31,072 nucleotides of DNA, from assembly GCA_964488175.1 (NCBI GenBank), contig CAZATZ010000001.1, forward strand, positions 1-31,072, given 5' to 3'. This stretch comes from an uncultured Spirochaetales bacterium. Its GTDB lineage: Bacteria > Spirochaetota > Spirochaetia > SP-2023 > CAYRNA01. The translations under genes were made by a program, and so were the position numbers. Below, piece by piece: positions 1 through 6,552 of the stretch (positions are counted from its first letter, which is position 1; every line of letters starts with the position of its first letter). The notes below the pieces were generated by a model that saw nothing but the letters and a program-made list of their open reading frames with translations, searched no databases and was not told the origin of the DNA.

Positions 1-55
1 AAGTCGATTTCAGAAAATAACGAAGATATTTTTTGCCAAGTCAAGGAACTGAAAA
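1..55. repeat. Partial second copy of the core of the 89-bp inverted-repeat element at 3092-3180 (truncated by window start)
   Basis: 1-55 matches 3105-3159 at 53/55 positions (differences at positions 5 and 36). The right inverted repeat of the other copy is absent here. Confidence 0.9.
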
Positions 56-73
56 TAAAAAGGAACCCTCTGC

Positions 74-1030
74 ATGGATATATTATCTGCTCTTCTATAC
101 CTCTCAATTGTTATCGTTGTCTACAAAGTTTTTAAGATTTCAGTCAATAAATGGAATGTCACCACCACGGTTCTTATCGGATTCTTTTTGCTAGGTTCTA
201 TTTTTTCTTTCATGGCGTATTACCAACCCTACTCAACTCAAGCGAGAAACTACTTTGTCTCCGTCCAGATACTGAGTCAAGTTCGCGGTCTTGTCACAAA
301 AGTAGGAATCGAAGAGGCGGAGCGTTCCGTCAAAAAAGGGCAGATGCTCTACGAAATTGATCCAACGCCCTTTGAAGCGAGTTTAGAGAGTGCGAGAGCC
401 GATCTTGCGTTTAATCAACAACGACTCGCAGATTCGATCGAACTATACAAACAGGGGGCTGGTCGCCTCTACGAGGTTCAACTCTACCAACAGAACGTAG
501 ATAAAGCAAAAGCCGAACTCAAAAAGGCGAAATTTAACCTAGAGCACACCGTTGTACGTGCTCCTAGCGATGGAATCGTGACACAGATGCGAGTTCGACG
601 TGGAATGATGTCTTTACCCCTGAACCTCGGTCCTCTTCTGAATTTTATTCCCGACGAAAAACCCATCTACGGGGCGGCCTTTCGCCAAATTGCACTCAAG
701 AATATAAAACCAGGATTCCCCGTTGAGGCCATTTTTCCCGCTCTTCCTGGAAGGGTTTTTCGAGGTCGCGTTACCCGTGTTCTCTCAGCCATTCAAGCCG
801 GAGAACTTCAAGGAAGCGGAAATCTTTTTGAGATACTACCAGAGAAAGAGAGTGAACGTTACCTCGTCTTTTTTGAACTAGACAAAGAGATTTTACAGTA
901 CAATCTTCCTCGGGGAAGCTTGCTCAGAGTCGCCGTTTATAGTGATAAAATGCAATTTCTCTCTATCATTCGCCAGATTCTACTGCGAATGGCCAGCTGG
1001 AAGATGTTCTTCGAATTTGAAGGTATTTAA
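74..1030 (+). CDS. HlyD-family membrane fusion / secretion protein, YiaV/YibH type
   Basis: N-terminal TM pattern MDILSALLY...YKVFKISVNKW...MAYYQPYS; lipoyl-like halves (SQVRGLVTKV...VKKGQMLYEIDP and LEHTVVRAPSDGIVTQ); C-terminal FPALPGRVFRGRV and VAVYSD...RQILLRMASW, as in E. coli YiaV/YibH. The coiled coil is shorter than in YibH. Confidence 0.88.
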   Translation: MDILSALLYLSIVIVVYKVFKISVNKWNVTTTVLIGFFLLGSIFSFMAYYQPYSTQARNYFVSVQILSQVRGLVTKVGIEEAERSVKKGQMLYEIDPTPFEASLESARADLAFNQQRLADSIELYKQGAGRLYEVQLYQQNVDKAKAELKKAKFNLEHTVVRAPSDGIVTQMRVRRGMMSLPLNLGPLLNFIPDEKPIYGAAFRQIALKNIKPGFPVEAIFPALPGRVFRGRVTRVLSAIQAGELQGSGNLFEILPEKESERYLVFFELDKEILQYNLPRGSLLRVAVYSDKMQFLSIIRQILLRMASWKMFFEFEGI

Positions 1031-1095
1031 GACCAAGTCGAGTGTTATATTTCAGCTGACAAGGTAGAAAAAGATAGGCGGTTTAAACACCACCT

Positions 1096-2163
1096 CTACT
1101 CAAGATTGGATTCAAGAGGAATGAGAGTCACCTCATCACTCGTCACCTCTACGTAGGGGAAAATCGCCTCACTGACATAGAGATTAATCAACTCTCCCTC
1201 CCTCTCGGCGATCAACAGATCGACACCGGCGGGGAGCCAAGGAGGCGGGGTACTCTTTCCATAGATGTAAAGAGCTGTCGCAAGAGCGTCACTCTCGATC
1301 GAAGAGGGAGCCAAAACCGTTACGGAGAGGAGTGAATTTTCGGTCGGATACCCATTTTTCGGATCAAAAATATGGTGGTAGCGTACCCCCTCTTCCACGA
1401 AGAATCTCTGATAATTCCCAGAGGTCGAGACTCTCTTATCTCCGGTAAGAGAGAGAATCGCTATGTAGCTCTCTTCAGGGTTTGGGTAAGGAGTTTGAAT
1501 TCCGATTCGGAAAGGAGCTCCCCCTTTCGAACCCCACAAGACAAGATTTCCCCCGAAGTCAAGAATCGCATTTTTGACTCCTCTCTCTTTTAGCCAATCA
1601 CTTAAATTATCCGCAATAAAACTCTTTCCGATCGCCCCTGTATCGATGAGATTTTCTCTCTGTTTTAATTGAGCCCGTCCATTTTCCTCATCTAAAACTA
1701 GATCAGAAAATTGACTAAAGGAGAGAGCTTTCTTAACAGCTTCTGGTGAAGGTAAATGCTCATTCTCTGTCCCTATCGCCCACTCTCTAATGAGAGGACC
1801 CAGCATGATATTCAATCTCTCTTCCGTCAAGAAGTACTCTCTTTGGGCAAAAAGAAGTAACTCCATCGTCTCGGGCGAGAGAGAGACCCACCCCTCCCCC
1901 GCTCTCTGATTCAGGGAGAGAACCGTTCCGTTTTCACTCTCATCCTCAGCGTAACTAGATATTTTTTTATTAAAATCTTCGATAAAGAGAAAGCTCTCAT
2001 CCAAGAGAGAGTCTGGATCATAGGATTCTTCCCGTGTCTGATAAAAGGAGAGACTAAGGGCGGTATCCAAAAGAGAGTCCTGCTTTTGATACAGCTGTAC
2101 CGATTCTTGACAAGAGAGAGTCAGAAAGATAAAGAGAGAGCTAAAATAGAACCGTGATTTCAT
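1096..2163 (-). CDS. apbE: FAD:protein FMN transferase (ApbE/Ftp), lipoprotein
   Basis: Motifs DTGAIGKSF, DFGGN, STSGNYQRFF, YHHIFDPKNG and SDALATAL; signal peptide with lipobox LTLSC. Start moved from TTG 2175 to ATG 2163, which has GGAG 6 nt upstream. Confidence 0.95.
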   Translation of the reverse strand: MKSRFYFSSLFIFLTLSCQESVQLYQKQDSLLDTALSLSFYQTREESYDPDSLLDESFLFIEDFNKKISSYAEDESENGTVLSLNQRAGEGWVSLSPETMELLLFAQREYFLTEERLNIMLGPLIREWAIGTENEHLPSPEAVKKALSFSQFSDLVLDEENGRAQLKQRENLIDTGAIGKSFIADNLSDWLKERGVKNAILDFGGNLVLWGSKGGAPFRIGIQTPYPNPEESYIAILSLTGDKRVSTSGNYQRFFVEEGVRYHHIFDPKNGYPTENSLLSVTVLAPSSIESDALATALYIYGKSTPPPWLPAGVDLLIAEREGELINLYVSEAIFPYVEVTSDEVTLIPLESNLE

Positions 2164-2181
2164 ACCATTCTCCAATCTTTC

Positions 2182-2212
2182 AAGACCGTTAAAGAACCGT
2201 TAAAGAACCGTC
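2182..2212. repeat. Tandem 11-bp direct repeats upstream of apbE
   Basis: AAGACCGTT (2182-2190), AAAGAACCGTT (2191-2201), AAAGAACCGTC (2202-2212). Confidence 0.8.
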
Positions 2213-2270
2213 CAAGAGACATTTAAGGAGTGTCGAAAGAGTTTTCGAAAGAGAGTTTCCTGCCAGCACT

Positions 2271-3020
2271 TTAAAGTTGATCAACATCGTAAGAGTCTAA
2301 AATTTTTGACCCGAAAAGTCGTTTCAGATCAACCCGACCCGTCACAATCAATTCGTAGTATTTACCCAACTGGAATCGTTTGGGTATCTTAATAAGAAAT
2401 TCCTTTCGTTCAAAAGGTTTCACTTTCTCATCATACTGGACTTCAACGTAATATTTAAGTGCTTGAACTCCCCCATCCGTAAAAAAATAAAAGAGAAGAC
2501 TGGCCGTCGCAGAAGAGGCTTCATAGAAGCTATCGTTAAGAAAAGAGCTTCGATAGGTATTCATATCGAGTTGCGCCCCCTTCACCTTCACCAACTGTTC
2601 CACTTTCCATTTTGGTGTTTGAGAGAGAGCGCGAATCGTATACCTAGCATAATCTACCTGATAGTAGCTATATGGGGTATCTTCGGGGACTCTAGAGACG
2701 AGAAAAAAAGGCAAAGAGTTCTTAGGAAGGACAATATCCGCTAAAGGAAAATCTTCACTAAAGAGTAAAAACTCTGGATCATAGGGATTCCCACCATTCT
2801 CTTCCGTTACATCTGCGGGAGGAGAGTAGAAGTAAATCCGAAGAACGATATCGGCGATAGCGACGTCTCCGTATGGGTTTCTTAAGTATCCAGCAAACGC
2901 CTGTGTCTCTTCATTACTCTCAACGGGTGAAACAAAGGCAACGTTTCCAGAGAGAGAAGGGAGTGAGAGAACTAAAAGAATTAAAAACAGTGAGGTTTTT
3001 CTTAAAATAAGAAATCGCAT
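2271..3020 (-). CDS. Secreted hypothetical protein, probably two tandem FxLYD-like (Ig-fold) domains
   Basis: Signal peptide MRFLILRKTSLFLILLVLSLPSLSG; two similar segments GYLRN...IVLRIYFYS...LPKNSLPF and SFLND...SLLFYFFTD...VKPFERKEF. Start set at ATG 3020 (AGAGGAG 6 nt upstream) rather than 3053. Domain call is by pattern only. Confidence 0.6.
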   Translation of the reverse strand: MRFLILRKTSLFLILLVLSLPSLSGNVAFVSPVESNEETQAFAGYLRNPYGDVAIADIVLRIYFYSPPADVTEENGGNPYDPEFLLFSEDFPLADIVLPKNSLPFFLVSRVPEDTPYSYYQVDYARYTIRALSQTPKWKVEQLVKVKGAQLDMNTYRSSFLNDSFYEASSATASLLFYFFTDGGVQALKYYVEVQYDEKVKPFERKEFLIKIPKRFQLGKYYELIVTGRVDLKRLFGSKILDSYDVDQL

Positions 3021-3091
3021 CTCCAACTCCTCTCTCGAAAGATCTATTTGCATCAGAGAGTGACACCGTATACAGAAACATTCTCTCTCTG

Positions 3092-3180
3092 GGGTACCTC
3101 TAAAAAGTTGATTTCAGAAAATAACGAAGATATTTTTTGGCAAGTCAAGGAACTGAAAAAAAGGTTTTTTAGAGGTACCC
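3092..3180. mobile_element. 89-bp MITE-like element with perfect 15-bp terminal inverted repeats
   Basis: GGGTACCTCTAAAAA (3092-3106) and TTTTTAGAGGTACCC (3166-3180); the interior is duplicated at 1-55; no ORF and no clear target-site duplication. Confidence 0.6.
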
Positions 3181-3185
3181 TTTTA

Positions 3186-3210
3186 TACAATACAATACAA
3201 TACAATACGA
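3186..3210. repeat. Pentanucleotide microsatellite (TACAA)4 TACGA
   Basis: Read directly at 3186-3210. Confidence 0.95.
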
Positions 3211-3901
3211 GAAATCACTCTTCCTTTCTAACCCTATCGATCATTTCTGCTCATAAAGGTATCAATTTTTTCGTAATCTCTCCCTGCGATGGGGAAAAGG
3301 GGAGATTTTTCTATCAAGACTCATCGCATTTTTTCAAATCACGCCATAAACGCCACAATGTATGTCAAAATATATATCAAAAATCGAGTGAGAAATAAAA
3401 AGAGGTTCTTTTCACGACTCCTCTTTTCTCTGCGAACTTTCTCTGAGTAGTTCAAACTTCTCGCCCTCTAGCTATCAAATCCTCACTCAACGTTTCGAAC
3501 TCCCTGTCAAAATTGAAACCTCTCTCACTTCTACTCAGATCTGTTTCCTGAGAAATTTTAGATAAAAGCTATCGATGACAAAGCCTCTCATCAAATAACA
3601 TCCCCTATATCTCAGAAATCGCAACATCTTAACGTAAATATCCACGTCAAAAAGAGGCGATTATCCTCCCTTTTTTTTGATAAGACAGGAAAATATACAA
3701 TTTTAATAAATTATCTCATAAATTCTTCCGTTCGCTCCAGTCATTTTCCCTATTTTAGCCACTTCTCAACACAAAAGAGAGCATTTCTGAGATCCACTCT
3801 TATCTCTCGTGCTGTTCTTTCGCATTTAAATCTTATTTTTATTTTCGATCTCAGGAAAGGACTACTTTTCGCTCAAATTCCTCTTCTTTTCTCAAATTAG
3901 A

Positions 3902-3919
3902 CTGGCATGACTTTTGCAT
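3902..3919 (+). promoter_or_regulatory. Sigma54 (RpoN) -24/-12 promoter
   Basis: CTGGCATGACTTTTGCAT versus consensus YTGGCACG-N4-TTGCW: one mismatch and exact GG/GC spacing; oriented toward the CDS at 4047. Confidence 0.7.
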
Positions 3920-3965
3920 TTTAAAACACGACACAAAAGTCAATTTAAAAGAGGAGGAGCAAGAT

Positions 3966-4025
3966 ATGGTGCAACTTCTTCTCTTTTTTAGAAGAAAAAA
4001 GGTAGAAGGCACACTGATACCTTGA
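3966..4025 (+). CDS. Putative 19-aa leader peptide (uORF) MVQLLLFFRRKKVEGTLIP
   Basis: GAGGAGGAG SD at 3951-3959, ATG 3966, TGA 4023-4025, ending 21 nt before the ATG at 4047. Confidence 0.45.
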   Translation: MVQLLLFFRRKKVEGTLIP

Positions 4026-4046
4026 AAAAAAATAAAGGAGACGATT

Positions 4047-5123
4047 ATGAAAAATGATTTTAGAGGGCTAAGAGAGGAAGTCTCTCTCTTGCATGAAAAG
4101 TACAAAAAAGATGAAACACAGTGGCCGATTCTAGAAAAAGCGATTTTCCGTTACTTGTACTTCTTTCCTGCCGCCGTTTTTCACGAAAAAGAGGAGGGAG
4201 CGGAGTTTGCCGAAGAGATATTAGACAAGGTTCATCACTGGGTCGAAATACATTCCGGCAAGGTCCCCTTTGAGCTTTATCTCTATCAAGTGGTGCGTTG
4301 GCGTTACTATGATTATACGAGAAAAAAACGAAAAAAGATTTCGCACTCTCTTGAAGAAAATTGGCATGCGATAGAATTTAATGAAGAGTCTCTTTTTCTC
4401 TCAGACAATAGTGGCTCTCTCTACCTCGAAAAGAGATCTATTCTCGATAATAACGACTGCGTCGCACTCTACTTTAAAAATCCAACAAAGAGACAGAGAG
4501 GGGGAGAGCCAATTGCTATCGAGCCAAACCACCCCATCGAAAGTATAACCGAAAAGTTGCTAGAATACCTGCTGACCTACTCGAAGCTCAACTTAAAATT
4601 GGCGAAAACACGGCTTTTCTGCTTTCTGCTCGATACATTTTCACCACTAGACAATCTATCCCAAGAGTTCATCTCGAGAGAGCTTGATCAGAAGAGAGAG
4701 GCCGTAAAACGAATTACATCCAACATATCAAAAGAGATGGAACGACGAAAGGGGATTTATGACTATTACTGCATCAGGAAGAATCGTCTCGACACTCTTT
4801 TAAGAAAAGAACACCGAGAAGCACCACCCAATAGCGAGAAAATTGAGATGCTCAACAAACGACTGACTCATCTAAACAAAAAAATAGAGAACTGTCACCT
4901 TACGGTCTCTCAAAGCTTTTTAGCACGAGAAATAGGAATTCCTAAAGGGACTCTCAACGCACATCTTAAATTTACTCAAAATTTCTTTTCAAAGTTTATC
5001 TTCTCCGAACACCGAAGCTTGCCTGAGATTGAAAGAAGAAAACAAAAAAATGCTACGCCAGAACTTAAGCGGAAATATTTTCCAGAAAAAAAATTCATCC
5101 AGCGATTCTCTGAGCATTTTTAG
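4047..5123 (+). CDS. Atypical sigma70/ECF-like factor (sigma2-like region plus sigma4-like HTHs)
   Basis: AAGGAG SD at 4035-4040. aa ~51-95 AEFAEEILDK...PFELYLYQVVRWRYYDYTRK resembles ECF region 2 (F.tWL..I.rN...D.lR). aa 288-307 SQSFLAREIGIPKGTLNAHL resembles the region 4.2 HTH. The CDS is secure; the function is inferred. Confidence 0.62.
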   Translation: MKNDFRGLREEVSLLHEKYKKDETQWPILEKAIFRYLYFFPAAVFHEKEEGAEFAEEILDKVHHWVEIHSGKVPFELYLYQVVRWRYYDYTRKKRKKISHSLEENWHAIEFNEESLFLSDNSGSLYLEKRSILDNNDCVALYFKNPTKRQRGGEPIAIEPNHPIESITEKLLEYLLTYSKLNLKLAKTRLFCFLLDTFSPLDNLSQEFISRELDQKREAVKRITSNISKEMERRKGIYDYYCIRKNRLDTLLRKEHREAPPNSEKIEMLNKRLTHLNKKIENCHLTVSQSFLAREIGIPKGTLNAHLKFTQNFFSKFIFSEHRSLPEIERRKQKNATPELKRKYFPEKKFIQRFSEHF

Positions 5124-5141
5124 CGAAACGAGCGAACACAA

Positions 5142-5179
5142 GAACGCCTCTCTCTATATTAAAATAGAGAGAGGCGTTC
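5142..5179. terminator. Perfect 16-bp hairpin between convergent genes, probable bidirectional terminator
   Basis: GAACGCCTCTCTCTAT-ATTAAA-ATAGAGAGAGGCGTTC between stops at 5123 (+) and 5208 (-). There is no classical U-tract. Confidence 0.75.
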
Positions 5180-5207
5180 CTCTAAGTGCTAAATATTTAG
5201 GAGACCT

Positions 5208-6212
5208 CTAAAAAGCAACCCCGAAGTCTAATCCTGGTTTGACAGAAACTGATATCTCCTTGGAATTAAAAATAGGATTCTGAGTCATAATCAATTTTTT
5301 AGGGTTAACGATCGCATTGTAAGGAGTCGCAGAAACGCCGATACCAATATAGGGTCGAATAAGAATTCCTTGTTTTAGAATAAAGGTATACCCCGCCTCG
5401 AGGGCTCCTCCAAATCCTAATTTACCTATATACTCAGACCCACGTTCTTGGACACTCGGTCCTTGAGACGTAGTTCGGTAAGGGGTTACATTTCCAGGGA
5501 TCGTCAGACCAAAGCTCAATCCGACAAAATAGCCACCTAGCCCATTAACTCCCTTACTAAAAACATACGCTAATCCGATATCAACCAGATAATATTCAAT
5601 ACCACGTTTAAAGCTATTAAAAATGAGCCCTGGCCTTAGAGATAACTGTATCGGCCCAAGCATACGGTCATAACCAATCTGAAAAGCAAACCGACTAATA
5701 GAGTCTGGAGCTTGATCATCAAAGCCTTCAGGAGAGATATTCATGGAAGTAAAGAGCGAAGAAAGATCGAAAAAGAAGGCGTTCTTTGACTGTCCCAACG
5801 TAACAAGATTTACATATTCGATATCACGCCCAAGGAATGTATCGTAAATAGTAATGGCTGCCTTATCATCAGCTTTAGCAGCATCTTTCTTTTTCTTGTC
5901 TTCTTCAGCTTTTTTCTTTGCCGCCGCTGCTTTAGCTTTAGCAGCAGCTTGTTGCTTCGCTCTTTGTTGCTTCGCTCTTTGTTGCCTAGCCCTCTGTTGT
6001 TGGTTCCCTCCTTTGGCATTTCCTGCTTTGGCATTTCCTGCTTTGGCATTTCCTGGCTTGGCATTTCCTCCCGCACGTCCACCACCCTGCGCAGGCTTTC
6101 CTCCAGCAGGTGCTCCCTGTGCTGATAATGTTAAGTTCCCAAAAGGAAAAAGGAGAAGCAGAGAAAGAAAGGCCAAGTATCTCACAGGATACAAGCTGAG
6201 TATATTTTTCAT
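5208..6212 (-). CDS. Outer-membrane beta-barrel protein (8-stranded OmpA/OmpW- or DUF3575-like) with repeat-rich, low-complexity N-terminal extension
   Basis: Signal peptide MKNILSLY...NLTLSA; G/A/P/K/Q-rich tract; alternating amphipathic strands (FAFQIGYDR, GYFVGLSFG, GGALEAGYTF, IRPYIGIG); terminal GLDFGVAF with C-terminal Phe. Start moved to ATG 6212 (AAGGAG upstream). Confidence 0.75.
   Translation of the reverse strand: MKNILSLYPVRYLAFLSLLLLFPFGNLTLSAQGAPAGGKPAQGGGRAGGNAKPGNAKAGNAKAGNAKGGNQQQRARQQRAKQQRAKQQAAAKAKAAAAKKKAEEDKKKKDAAKADDKAAITIYDTFLGRDIEYVNLVTLGQSKNAFFFDLSSLFTSMNISPEGFDDQAPDSISRFAFQIGYDRMLGPIQLSLRPGLIFNSFKRGIEYYLVDIGLAYVFSKGVNGLGGYFVGLSFGLTIPGNVTPYRTTSQGPSVQERGSEYIGKLGFGGALEAGYTFILKQGILIRPYIGIGVSATPYNAIVNPKKLIMTQNPIFNSKEISVSVKPGLDFGVAF
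5949..5993 (-). repeat. In-frame 15-bp tandem repeat encoding QQRAK-type units
   Basis: TTGTTGCTTCGCTCT x2 (5949-5978) plus a degenerate third copy. Confidence 0.9.
6012..6071 (-). repeat. In-frame 15-bp tandem repeat encoding GNAKA-type units
   Basis: Core TTGGCATTTCCT at 6013, 6028, 6043 and 6058 (period 15). Confidence 0.92.
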
Positions 6213-6552
6213 TTTAAAACATCTCCTTCGAGCAACAATACGCTCTTGAAATATTCTCTTTAAATTTTCACAATAATTTTTTAACCGTCGAAACCCCATT
6301 TTGAAGTCAGACAACCACTTAGTAGAGCAAATAACAATCCTCGAGATAAGGAGAGCGTTATTTATAGAAGTTCATTAATAATCGGTAATCAAATACAATT
6401 ATCGGTACGAGAAGAAGCAGACTAGAGAAAGAAAAATTCTTTCGCTAAAAGAACCGTCTCGTAAAAGGGTTGCTAAGAACACCCCCCTCCAGAGCTTCTT
6501 CGTACTCACAGGCGAATCTAAGTTTTCACCTGTTTATCGAAGTCGAAATAAT

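Noticed and set aside
33-61. Sigma70 promoter TTGCCA-17-TAAAAA inside repeat copy 1 for the HlyD-type gene
   Set aside because: The -10 lacks the conserved final T, and the implied TSS leaves almost no room for the SD before ATG 74.
1031-1095. Terminator between the convergent HlyD-type gene and apbE
   Set aside because: Only a 5-bp GTGTT/AACAC pairing over a long loop; too weak to call.
3048-3398. 116-aa plus-strand ORF
   Set aside because: It runs through the inverted-repeat element and the microsatellite (YNTIQYNT), has no SD and does not look protein-like.
3376-3602. Minus-strand frame starting ATG after GGGG (MLFDERLCHR*LLSKISQETD...) as a possible pseudogene
   Set aside because: It has two internal stops and no recognisable homology, so it cannot be supported without a search.
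3851-4105. 84-aa minus-strand ORF
   Set aside because: It is antisense to the sigma54 promoter, uORF and start of the sigma-like gene, with low-complexity F/S/K composition.
5810-6249. ORFs 5810-6085 (-, EMPKQ repeats) and 5854-6249 (+)
   Set aside because: They are alternative-frame and antisense shadows of the 15-bp repeats inside the beta-barrel gene; I saw no independent SD or domain evidence.
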